Sequence record: PZ386951.1
Length of the DNA stretch: 64,000 bases
Strand: one strand, 5' to 3'
DNA from: a phage
The notes under the pieces are model-generated. The model saw only the letters and a program-made list of their open reading frames with translations. It was not told the DNA's origin and did no database searches. Below are positions 31,565 through 42,407 of the stretch, piece after piece. Each line of letters begins with the position of its first letter. Positions within the stretch are counted from its first letter, which is position 1. Made by a program: the position numbers and the translations under genes.

Positions 31565-32019
31565 AGAGAGTCTCTTAATAGGTTTAACACATCAATAAAT
31601 TCAGCTTCGGTTAGTATTGTATCATCTTTTGTTAGACCACTAGCCATGCTGTGCTTCAAAACTTTTCCTTTTGAGGCTTGTAAGGCATCACGAAACCCCT
31701 TGTTTTGAATCGCTGCTTCAAAATATGCATTTGTGTATAATTCTTTCCACGCTGTGGAGTATCTTGAAAACGGAACTCCAAGCCAGAAGAGGGTCCCACG
31801 GTCCTGAGCTCTAGCATAAGACCTTCCAGCTTGTTGGGCGGCAAGCCCGGATAACCCAAATACACGACGTTGTTGTTCAACATTTTTCACCTTGCATCCT
31901 TGGAGGAATCCTTCAAGACCTCCAAATTGAATACCATCCATGACGAAAGGCCATTGGGCAAAATTACTTAATGCGCATGATGGCCATCTAAAATTGCTTC
32001 TAATCTCTAACTCAGACAT
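31561..32019 (-). CDS. NADAR / YbiA-like (DUF1768) protein (30.3 position)
   Basis: 152 aa from ATG 32019 (track starts at a TTG at 32025); motif LSNFAQWPF matches the FSNFA-WP signature of YbiA/NADAR proteins. Confidence 0.7.
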   Translation of the reverse strand: MSELEIRSNFRWPSCALSNFAQWPFVMDGIQFGGLEGFLQGCKVKNVEQQRRVFGLSGLAAQQAGRSYARAQDRGTLFWLGVPFSRYSTAWKELYTNAYFEAAIQNKGFRDALQASKGKVLKHSMASGLTKDDTILTEAEFIDVLNLLRDSL

Positions 32020-32218
32020 TTTCAATACTTATAATTTCAACATCAGCCCAATGACCATAGCAAGGAAGACGAAATTCAACTGGCCAGTTAGGGTCCTTTT
32101 CTAATATAATAGACTTAACTTGTGGTTCTTCATGTTCATCAGTATATGGATTTTTATCTGTTACTTTATATGTGACCTTAATGTACTGAATTCCAAAAAT
32201 CTTATTAATTATATTCAT
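32012..32218 (-). CDS. hypothetical protein
   Basis: 68 aa with ATG start. Confidence 0.5.
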   Translation of the reverse strand: MNIINKIFGIQYIKVTYKVTDKNPYTDEHEEPQVKSIILEKDPNWPVEFRLPCYGHWADVEIISIENV

Positions 32219-32412
32219 ACTAATTCCTTTAATCCGTAAATAGGAGATAATTCATCACCCATACGAAGGTCTTCATTTCCATCTACCCAGGAAACAATAT
32301 AAGCCTCTTTTATTTGAATACCACTCCATTTAAATGGAGGTAGAACCTTAGAAATTAATCCAGGTATACCAACTCCCTTTAATTCAACAGTTTGACCTAA
32401 AAAGAATTTCAT
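32215..32412 (-). CDS. hypothetical protein
   Basis: 65 aa with ATG start, overlapping stop-start packing. Confidence 0.5.
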   Translation of the reverse strand: MKFFLGQTVELKGVGIPGLISKVLPPFKWSGIQIKEAYIVSWVDGNEDLRMGDELSPIYGLKELV

Positions 32413-32699
32413 TAAAACCTCATCTGAAAACCGTGCGATTTAACATTACCGCCGCCAATATCAGAAATATTAATTTCACGCGCAATTGAAGGGTCAATGT
32501 CAATTTCACGATTGAGTTTAGTGATAGCTAAAGTATCGCGCCCATTTACAGTACGGAACTCTAAAGGACATACTACATTAACGTAGTTTTTAATCGATTC
32601 GCTGGTAGGTTGCAAATGAGCAGGAAGGTCTTTAGGCGCCTTAGAGAAAACCACTTCACAGAAATTTTTGCGGGTGTCAAAATAAGTAGTCATAAACAT
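32412..32699 (-). CDS. hypothetical protein
   Basis: 95 aa with ATG start. Confidence 0.55.
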   Translation of the reverse strand: MFMTTYFDTRKNFCEVVFSKAPKDLPAHLQPTSESIKNYVNVVCPLEFRTVNGRDTLAITKLNREIDIDPSIAREINISDIGGGNVKSHGFQMRF

Positions 32700-32740
32700 A
32701 GTATTTTCCTCAGTAAGGGGCCGAAGCCCCTCATTTTATT

Positions 32741-33106
32741 TTAAATATCAAATTCATTAAGAACTACATCAAAGATCGCTTCAAGATGCTCAGGTTTAGC
32801 TCTGTTACTCAGAATATGACGAATCCAAGTTTTAACCAGAAGCTTGCGATTAACGCCATTCCAGCAAGGATGAGTCCCTAAATCGCGTTGACGAAAATCA
32901 TCATCCAAAGCAATTTTGAAGTTGGAACCTTCCATTGTGATTGAAACCGTGATGCCATTTTCAAATCGCATATAAACGTAGTTAGGAGTCATATACTGTT
33001 CAATTTCGCATACTGATCCATTTTGATGTTTCCAAAGGCAGATAGTATCAATAGAACCTGCAATACCATTAGAAACATATTTACGTTCAAAGTTGATGTA
33101 GTTCAT
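32741..33106 (-). CDS. hypothetical protein (30.7 position)
   Basis: 121 aa from ATG 33106 with GGAGA upstream (track starts at a TTG at 33118). Confidence 0.55.
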   Translation of the reverse strand: MNYINFERKYVSNGIAGSIDTICLWKHQNGSVCEIEQYMTPNYVYMRFENGITVSITMEGSNFKIALDDDFRQRDLGTHPCWNGVNRKLLVKTWIRHILSNRAKPEHLEAIFDVVLNEFDI

Positions 33107-33131
33107 TTTATTCTCCAAGATGTTTAATTGC

Positions 33132-33171
33132 GGTACAGGTATATAATATCATATCCTGTACCAAAGTAAAC
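33132..33171 (-). promoter_or_regulatory. early promoter with -10 inside a stem-loop
   Basis: minus-strand GTTTAC, 17 nt spacer, TATTAT; inverted repeat GGTACAGG/CCTGTACC flanks the -10. Confidence 0.45.
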
Positions 33172-33173
33172 AA

Positions 33174-33506
33174 TTATTTTACTACTTTCCAGTGCTGCAT
33201 GTCAAGTTTACCAACTTTTTTCATCTTCTCAATTAAGCGTTCGGCACGTTGGCGAGCTGTAACATAATACCATTCACCCAATTCATTTTGTTCAATTTTT
33301 CCAACGATTACCGTATTCAATTCATAAATCCAACCAGTAAAGAAATTATGAACTTGAATTGTAAAGGTGAAATCTGTTCCCATGCCTTCTGTTGTTTCTA
33401 CTTCAATAATATCACCTTCAACTGCCATTAAGAACCACATAGTTTCATCATATTTACCATTGAAGCATTTAGTTTTAACTGCAGCGTTCAGATTAATCGT
33501 TTTCAT
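33174..33506 (-). CDS. hypothetical protein (30.8 position)
   Basis: 110 aa with ATG start. Confidence 0.55.
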   Translation of the reverse strand: MKTINLNAAVKTKCFNGKYDETMWFLMAVEGDIIEVETTEGMGTDFTFTIQVHNFFTGWIYELNTVIVGKIEQNELGEWYYVTARQRAERLIEKMKKVGKLDMQHWKVVK

Positions 33507-33512
33507 TTTATT

Positions 33513-33563
33513 CTCCTTTGTTTGTGTAAAATAATACTATCACAAAGGAGCTATACTGTAAAC
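33513..33563 (-). promoter_or_regulatory. early promoter with stem-loop whose arm contains the Shine-Dalgarno
   Basis: minus-strand GTTTAC -35; inverted repeat CTCCTTTGT/ACAAAGGAG; the gene-proximal arm encodes AAGGAG for the ORF starting at 33506. Confidence 0.45.
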
Positions 33564-33592
33564 AACTTTATGCAATCTTTGGAAAATAAAAA

Positions 33593-33612
33593 AGGACTCC
33601 CGAAGGAGTCCT
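33593..33612. terminator. hairpin AGGACTCC-CGAA-GGAGTCCT
   Basis: perfect 8 bp inverted repeat just downstream of the small basic ORF stop. Confidence 0.5.
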
Positions 33613-33616
33613 CAAC

Positions 33617-33793
33617 TTATGCTTTCTGCTTACCAAAACGAGAAGCATCATCTCGAAGAACCGCACGTGCTCGGCGCATGATCTTCTCAACAGTTTGATT
33701 GATACGAGAGTTCGACCCACGCTTGTAGCCAGCGCGTTTAGAATCACCAACTTTCTTTTCAACTGCTTTCTTTGCTTTAGCTTGTTTTGCCAT
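33617..33793 (-). CDS. small basic protein (30.9 position)
   Basis: 58 aa from MAKQAKAKKAVEKK with an SD-like AAGAG; the track's longer version starts at an ATG at 33835 that has no SD. Confidence 0.45.
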   Translation of the reverse strand: MAKQAKAKKAVEKKVGDSKRAGYKRGSNSRINQTVEKIMRRARAVLRDDASRFGKQKA

Positions 33794-34039
33794 TATAAAT
33801 TCTCTTTTAAATGAAAATACAGGACTTATTGGCATTGCCTGCGCAAGCCCTCAAGGGGAACATAGGTTTTTGGATATTTAACGACCAGGATAACCATAAA
33901 CCCGTCATCATTCACATTCAAGAGGTACACCATAAAACTGCCGGGGATCTTAAAACTATAATGATTCGCAAATCATTAATCAGACAGTTCGATGGCTCCT
34001 CGATTTTAGCTCACACTAAGGCAGTGAATCTCCAATAAA

Positions 34040-34288
34040 TTACTTCAATGTTACCACAAAGTGACGAACTGCTTTTCGTGCAGCAGAAGCCAAAGGCTTA
34101 GCATATTTAAGTTCATCTTTTTCCTGAAGCTCGGCAGCTAATGCAGTTTGAGCAGGATTCAGATGTTTGAAATAACGCAGGATTTCAAGAGCTTCGGCTT
34201 CAACATCAATAGATGCGCCATAGTTTTCGTGACCATTATTCCATGCGTTTCGTTGCAGTTCAAGAGCGTGTTGTAATTGTTTAATCAT
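34040..34288 (-). CDS. rIII: RIII lysis inhibition accessory protein
   Basis: 82 aa, same length and position as T4 RIII. Confidence 0.88.
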   Translation of the reverse strand: MIKQLQHALELQRNAWNNGHENYGASIDVEAEALEILRYFKHLNPAQTALAAELQEKDELKYAKPLASAARKAVRHFVVTLK

Positions 34289-34427
34289 TTAAAAATTCTC
34301 GTTAGAGATTAAAACTCGGTAGTCACGTTCTTCTGAATTTCATCTTCTTTCGACAGATCTCTCAGTTGTAGACTACCACATAGAATTGTTCGGTTAACTT
34401 ATTATTCCGACACCCAATTCATATTAT

Positions 34428-34435
34428 TATTTATA
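34428..34435 (-). promoter_or_regulatory. T4-type late promoter on the minus strand upstream of rIII
   Basis: plus-strand TATTTATA is TATAAATA on the minus strand, about 140 nt upstream of rIII. Confidence 0.45.
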
Positions 34436-34771
34436 TCACTTATAAAGACACGGAATAGCTTTATAGTGACAAGTAACGAATTTTTGTTTAATTTCTTTTG
34501 GCTGCTTAAGACCCAGAGCTACAAAAGGATGCGGAACATTTCGAATTTGACCAACTGGAAGAGAAGTCAAATCACCAACTTCACAGAAACCTTCAGGAAC
34601 ATCAGGACCAACAGAGTGAACTACACACAGTTCAGGAACTTCACCTTGAACACGTTTACCGATAATAAGTCCTGATTCTGTAACTTCTTCATCACCGGCT
34701 TGTGCAGGTTCAGAAACTAAAATAACATATTCACCGACAGCACGAATTGGTAGCTGTTGTACTTCAGACAT
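34436..34771 (-). CDS. 31: gp31 co-chaperonin (GroES analogue)
   Basis: 111 aa; [19 protein letters not shown] matches T4 gp31. Confidence 0.95.
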
Positions 34772-34827
34772 CGTTTTTCCTTTTTGTTAACAGATGAATT
34801 AATAATAACAAATAATTCTTAAAGCAT

Positions 34828-35136
34828 TTATTTACCAATAAATTGAAGCAAATGCTCAACTTTCATACCATTAACAGAAATCAATTTGTCAATAGAAAAA
34901 CCTCGCCAAGCGCCAAGTTCAACATCAAATACTGGAATCATATCCGTAGATTCTTTCCGAGTAGATTCAGTCAATTTACCGGTTTGCATGGTTGGCATAA
35001 AGTCTGCATCACGAGTACCTTTCATAGTACGAATAGTACCATCAGACTTTTCAAAAACTACGTTTGAAATACCCATGGACAATTTAGTTTTCAAAATTTC
35101 ACGAATTGCTACTTTCTGTTCAGTTGTCAGTTTCAT
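34828..35136 (-). CDS. hypothetical protein (31.1 position)
   Basis: 102 aa with ATG start. Confidence 0.55.
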   Translation of the reverse strand: MKLTTEQKVAIREILKTKLSMGISNVVFEKSDGTIRTMKGTRDADFMPTMQTGKLTESTRKESTDMIPVFDVELGAWRGFSIDKLISVNGMKVEHLLQFIGK

Positions 35137-35373
35137 TTATTTACCTATTACAGTTTTATGATAAATTGTTCCACGTTCTTTAAGAGTGGAAAGTAATTTT
35201 TGATATTTTTCTAAATCAGATTTCCAACTATGCGGTCTATCAATACAAACCCAGTTTGATTTATAATACTGTTTCCACCTAGAGAAAAAATATTTCTTAT
35301 ACTCTACAGCAAATGAAATGTTCTCGGTAGAATAAGAACTAATTGCTGTGAGCTGTACCAAACGAAATTTCAT
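35137..35373 (-). CDS. hypothetical protein (31.2 position)
   Basis: 78 aa with ATG start. Confidence 0.5.
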   Translation of the reverse strand: MKFRLVQLTAISSYSTENISFAVEYKKYFFSRWKQYYKSNWVCIDRPHSWKSDLEKYQKLLSTLKERGTIYHKTVIGK

Positions 35374-35954
35374 TATTCACCACAGAATTCGTTGATATTT
35401 TCCCAGTTTAACTTATTCAAGTTTTTCTTAGGAACATTAAACACTTCAATACCTGCATTTCGCAGAATATCATCCCAGCCAGGTTTATTTTTATCGTATG
35501 TTTCGCAATAAACCAGCTTTTTAATTCCAGATTGAGCTATTGCTTTTGCACAATCTGGGCAAGGAGAAAGTGTTACATACATAGTAGCACCTTCAATAGA
35601 AGAACCATTTCGTGCAGCAAACAAAATTGCATTTAGCTCAGCATGAATTTCATTTTTAGACGACCATTCAGAGTGAGCGCTACGGTGTTCTTTCGCCAAG
35701 ACAAAGCGATCAGTTGAACCAAATGATACGCATTCAGGCTTATGGCCTTGAATGATAGTGTGTTTAGGCTTATTCAACAACCATCCTTGCTCAGCAGCAT
35801 AATCACAACAGTTCACACCCCCTGCGGGTGAACCATTATACCCAGTAGAAATAATACGTCCATTCTTTTCAATTACTGCTCCTACCTTCCAGGAGCAACA
35901 TTTTGATTCCTGCGATACTAAATATGCAATTTGAAGTACTGTACTCGCTTTCAT
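35373..35954 (-). CDS. cd: dCMP deaminase
   Basis: 193 aa; zinc-binding HAELNAI and PCPDC motifs of cytidine/dCMP deaminases. Confidence 0.95.
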   Translation of the reverse strand: MKASTVLQIAYLVSQESKCCSWKVGAVIEKNGRIISTGYNGSPAGGVNCCDYAAEQGWLLNKPKHTIIQGHKPECVSFGSTDRFVLAKEHRSAHSEWSSKNEIHAELNAILFAARNGSSIEGATMYVTLSPCPDCAKAIAQSGIKKLVYCETYDKNKPGWDDILRNAGIEVFNVPKKNLNKLNWENINEFCGE

Positions 35955-36289
35955 TTCATAATCACCAGATAAGCAGATTTAGCAGTTTCAACACGATAAA
36001 TTTCGTGACGAAGTTTAGTTATACTTTTAATAACAGAACTAATTATATTCTGTCCATCTTTAAAGCGGTTTTTCTTATCAATAAAAACTGCGCCAGTCAT
36101 CTTTTTGTGAAGCTCAACTGGATACTTCGTCACAATAATAGCATCATACACAGAAGGATGAATACTATTCACCAGAGTATCATTCATTAAAGTTATTCTA
36201 ATGAACTTTGCTGTTTCAGAGTCAAGCGCTCTATGATCGCCAGTATCATTTTCAAGACAATTATCAATTATATCAGTTAAATTCATCAT
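35951..36289 (-). CDS. hypothetical protein
   Basis: 112 aa with ATG start, overlapping stop-start. Confidence 0.55.
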   Translation of the reverse strand: MMNLTDIIDNCLENDTGDHRALDSETAKFIRITLMNDTLVNSIHPSVYDAIIVTKYPVELHKKMTGAVFIDKKNRFKDGQNIISSVIKSITKLRHEIYRVETAKSAYLVIMK

Positions 36290-36525
36290 AGTACGCCATA
36301 CACCCTTTGTGCTTCAACTAATCCATCAAAATCCAGTTTAAGATGCGATATTTGATCGCCATCACCTGGATTCACAATTACTAATACTGAACGAGGAGTT
36401 TCGGTAATAACACGAACCGATGTTTCAGGAAATCGTTCAGAAACCTTATTTACTAATTCCTGTGCAAATAGTTTAACTTTTTCTTGGAATTCTTTAACAG
36501 TAATCGGTTTTTCACTTAGCAGCAT
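36286..36525 (-). CDS. hypothetical protein
   Basis: 79 aa with ATG start and GAGGA SD. Confidence 0.55.
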   Translation of the reverse strand: MLLSEKPITVKEFQEKVKLFAQELVNKVSERFPETSVRVITETPRSVLVIVNPGDGDQISHLKLDFDGLVEAQRVYGVL

Positions 36526-36545
36526 TTTGTTTTCCTCATTTGTTT

Positions 36546-36584
36546 GGTAGAGTTATAATATCACAACTCTACCGTAAAGTAAAC
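36546..36584 (-). promoter_or_regulatory. early promoter with -10 inside a perfect 9 bp stem-loop
   Basis: inverted repeat GGTAGAGTT/AACTCTACC flanks the TATTAT -10; GTTTAC -35 on the minus strand. Confidence 0.45.
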
Positions 36585-36586
36585 TA

Positions 36587-36862
36587 TTAAATTGCTTTGA
36601 ATTCTGCTGTCTGCGATTCAAAACGAATATCGCCTTTGATAACTAGCTCAGCATCAAGACCGAATACAACAATGATATGCGCGGAACCTGGATACAGCGT
36701 AATGGCAACAGAATCCACCTGGTCTGGAAGCAAAGTATTCAATACATGAGTCACTTGAGCATGAATTCGAAGTTCAGCTGCATTATCAAGTTTTTCAAAC
36801 ATATTATTAGCGATAATTTGGCTAAACACTACTTCTACGATTTTAGAGTAAGTCGGAAACAT
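36587..36862 (-). CDS. hypothetical protein
   Basis: 91 aa from ATG 36862 with GAGG SD (track starts at a TTG at 36892). Confidence 0.5.
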   Translation of the reverse strand: MFPTYSKIVEVVFSQIIANNMFEKLDNAAELRIHAQVTHVLNTLLPDQVDSVAITLYPGSAHIIVVFGLDAELVIKGDIRFESQTAEFKAI

Positions 36863-36926
36863 ATTTACCTCACATAATTTTCTTCGAGCCAATTAATAAT
36901 AGTCCAAGTTTCATGGTGCCAAGCCA

Positions 36927-38127
<1,201 letters not shown>

Positions 38128-38131
<4 letters not shown>

Positions 38132-38358
38132 TTATTTTTCTCAACCAATGATTGAATATAATCATGCAGGTCTTTAGATGCTTTGCCCCACTTATTTTGA
38201 TATTCATTTTTGAGATTAGCACGTGATTGAGCTAACAAAACATCATTAGTCGGAGGTAAAGATTCTAACCGCTGAATCTGGCGTCCATAAATCATTGCAG
38301 CCATCTCGGATTCATAAATCAATTCTTTGAGATGTTCAAATTGATGCCATGAAATCAT
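38128..38358 (-). CDS. hypothetical protein
   Basis: 76 aa with ATG start. Confidence 0.5.
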
Positions 38359-38654
38359 TTACATTTATCCTCTTTTAACTCTTGACGATAATAACATATC
38401 ATAGTTTTCTGGTCATGTAAATATCGTTTTACATCATTAAGCCAAATACGAAATTCCTGGGAATCTTCAAATGGCATACCTACCCAAGCTTTACCATCGA
38501 TAACTTTAACTTGCCAAGATAGTTTAGCTTCATCATATGACTTTATCTGCACAGGCCAATTAGGATGAACTGTTTCTTTCTTTACTTCTAGAGGCTTTGT
38601 CGAACAACCAACTAGAAGACCAATAGATAATATTACTGCTGATAGTTTAATCAT
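38355..38654 (-). CDS. outer-membrane spanin (lipoprotein)
   Basis: 99 aa; signal peptide with lipobox LLVGC; sits immediately downstream of the i-spanin-like gene. Confidence 0.7.
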   Translation of the reverse strand: MIKLSAVILSIGLLVGCSTKPLEVKKETVHPNWPVQIKSYDEAKLSWQVKVIDGKAWVGMPFEDSQEFRIWLNDVKRYLHDQKTMICYYRQELKEDKCK

Positions 38655-39004
38655 TTAGAAAGGTCCTGGATGTCTTCTGCGAACTTGTTGAAGGAGTTGT
38701 TGATTTGTTTTTCAACCAATCCTGGCTTATGAGCCACCACATCCGCCTTCTTTGCGTCTTTGCGTAGTTTTTCATTTTCACGCTCAATAGCAGCAATTGC
38801 CTCACGATTTTTATTATTCATCGCATCAATATAATTATACTGAATTCGCAAATTATCTAATGCTAAAGCGTTTTCATTGGCCGTTTTTGTAATTTCTACA
38901 ACAGACGTTTCTAATCTTTCAATTTTATTTTTTAAAATTAAAGAAGTTCCGCCCAATGCAATTACAATTAATAACAAGCCTGCTGTCGTATTACTTAATT
39001 GCAT
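38651..39004 (-). CDS. inner-membrane spanin
   Basis: 117 aa; N-terminal TM helix AGLLLIVIALGGTSLIL followed by a coiled-coil periplasmic domain. Confidence 0.7.
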   Translation of the reverse strand: MQLSNTTAGLLLIVIALGGTSLILKNKIERLETSVVEITKTANENALALDNLRIQYNYIDAMNNKNREAIAAIERENEKLRKDAKKADVVAHKPGLVEKQINNSFNKFAEDIQDLSK

Positions 39005-39501
39005 AAAGTTTTAATAACCTCTATAATATCGTCTTGAGAAAGACCGTTAATTAAAATATGATGTTCAGCCGGAGATTTAGAAATTTTAAAGCATGCCTCA
39101 ACATCTTCTGCCATATCCGATGCACTACGATTTGGATTACTAATTCCAAGACGATGCTTTCCGGTCAAAGGATTAACGATGATATAGCATTTACAGCTAT
39201 TGATATGAACATTAGGCTGAGTCTGATTAATGAATACTTCACAATCATACTTAGCGAGTTGATTTTCTAAAAAGACTTTCATCTCCTCAACCGCATCAGG
39301 AAGCATATCACGGGCTTGCTCAAGACGACGATTTCGATATTCTTTAATGGTCGTTTTCCGCTTGACTTGCTTAGCTAAATCTTTCTTAAGATCGGTGATA
39401 TATCCAACTCGACGATTTCCTTTGAATACAGAAATCCCATCTGTAGTATCACCGTATGCTTCAACGACCATTTCAGTAGTAATAAGTTGTAAATCCATCA
39501 T
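38995..39501 (-). CDS. alc: Alc, inhibitor of host transcription on cytosine-containing DNA
   Basis: 168 aa; T4 Alc position between the pseT region and rnlA. Confidence 0.75.
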   Translation of the reverse strand: MMDLQLITTEMVVEAYGDTTDGISVFKGNRRVGYITDLKKDLAKQVKRKTTIKEYRNRRLEQARDMLPDAVEEMKVFLENQLAKYDCEVFINQTQPNVHINSCKCYIIVNPLTGKHRLGISNPNRSASDMAEDVEACFKISKSPAEHHILINGLSQDDIIEVIKTLCN

Positions 39502-39507
39502 AAAGTC

Positions 39508-39559
39508 CTCATGTTATGTCAGTAAGACTACTGTAACACAACACGAGGGACTTGTAAAC
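39508..39559 (-). promoter_or_regulatory. early promoter plus stem-loop cassette (PeSL-like), copy 2
   Basis: 51 of 53 nt identical to 24531-24583; minus-strand GTTTAC -35; immediately upstream of alc. Confidence 0.55.
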
Positions 39560-39562
39560 AGC

Positions 39563-41150
<1,588 letters not shown>

Positions 41151-41158
41151 AATAAAAT

Positions 41159-41172
41159 GGGCCTTGCGGCCC
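41159..41172. terminator. hairpin GGGCC-TTGC-GGCCC downstream of nrdB
   Basis: inverted repeat between the nrdB stop and the denA start. Confidence 0.45.
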
Positions 41173-41177
41173 ACTCC

Positions 41178-42356
41178 TTAAAAATATTTTTTAAAACTCA
41201 TCATAACTTTATCATCAACATCATTATCAATCTGTGCAACAAGGTAAGATGACAGTTCTACTTCTTGCGGTGCAGATTGAACATTATCAGAATTAAGATA
41301 TTCACGAATCCAAGGATATGGATGTTTAACCGGAGCATCGGTAATTGGGCATGGAAGACCACACTGTTTCATACGAGATACAGTTAAGTAATCAATAAAG
41401 CTCCACATGCTATTTGTATTTAATCCAGGAACATCGCCATCTTTAAATAAATGAACTGCCCAATCTTTTTCTTGGCGGTTAACTTCCATGAAAATATCAA
41501 CTGCTTCTTGTTCACACTCTTTGGCAATTTTAACCCATTCATCACCATCAGTGCCAAGTTGAAGTTGACGAATAATATATTGGGTGCCTTTAAGGTGAAG
41601 CTGTTCATCACGTGCAATGAACTTCATAATCTTGGCATTACCTTCCATGATTTCCATGTTCTTATGGAAGTTAAAGGTACATGCGAAAGATACATAAAAA
41701 CGAATAGCTTCCAATGCGTTGATTACATGCAAACAGAGGTAAAGAGATTTCATTAGCTCACGCTTCCAATATGTCTCATGCTCAATAGCATCTTCAATAA
41801 CGTCTTCGTCTGCATTAATTTCTTTTTGGTATTCGATATCAGCTTTAGCGTTTTCCCAATAACGAGTTTTAATCAGAACATCATCATAATAGCGACCGAT
41901 AGATTCAGCGCGTTTCATAATAGCTTCATCTAATACAATCTCATCAAATACCTTTGACGGATCAGTATAAAGATTTCGCATGATATGAGTATATGAACGA
42001 CTGTGAATAGTTTCACTAAAAGTCCATGTAGCAACCCATGTATCAAGACTTGGGTCTGAAATTAATGACATAAGTACAGCAGATGGCGCACGACCCTGAA
42101 TGCTATCTAAAAGTGATTGATACTTCAAGTTATTAGTAAAAATATTCTGCTGATACTGAGGAAGTTTATTAAACTGTGCAGCATCCATCATTAAGTTTAC
42201 TTCTTCAGGACGCCAGAAAAATGATAATTGCTTTTCGGTCAAATCTTCAAATACTCGATGCCGTTGAATATCATAACGCGCAATACCAAGACCTGAACCA
42301 AAAAACATAGGTTCTTTTAAAACATCAACTGGGTTTGTATTAAAAACTGTGCTCAT
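41178..42356 (-). CDS. nrdB: ribonucleotide reductase small subunit, uninterrupted
   Basis: 392 aa continuous ORF; di-iron RNR small-subunit family. Confidence 0.95.
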   Translation of the reverse strand: MSTVFNTNPVDVLKEPMFFGSGLGIARYDIQRHRVFEDLTEKQLSFFWRPEEVNLMMDAAQFNKLPQYQQNIFTNNLKYQSLLDSIQGRAPSAVLMSLISDPSLDTWVATWTFSETIHSRSYTHIMRNLYTDPSKVFDEIVLDEAIMKRAESIGRYYDDVLIKTRYWENAKADIEYQKEINADEDVIEDAIEHETYWKRELMKSLYLCLHVINALEAIRFYVSFACTFNFHKNMEIMEGNAKIMKFIARDEQLHLKGTQYIIRQLQLGTDGDEWVKIAKECEQEAVDIFMEVNRQEKDWAVHLFKDGDVPGLNTNSMWSFIDYLTVSRMKQCGLPCPITDAPVKHPYPWIREYLNSDNVQSAPQEVELSSYLVAQIDNDVDDKVMMSFKKYF

Positions 42357-42407
42357 AAATTTTCCGCTTAGTTAATAGTTGGTGACTCGTCCATGAGTCA
42401 AATTATA

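Noticed and set aside
33568-33762. 64 aa minus-strand ORF in an alternative frame
   Set aside because: Overlaps the better-supported small basic ORF 33617-33793, which has an SD and a terminator hairpin directly after its stop.
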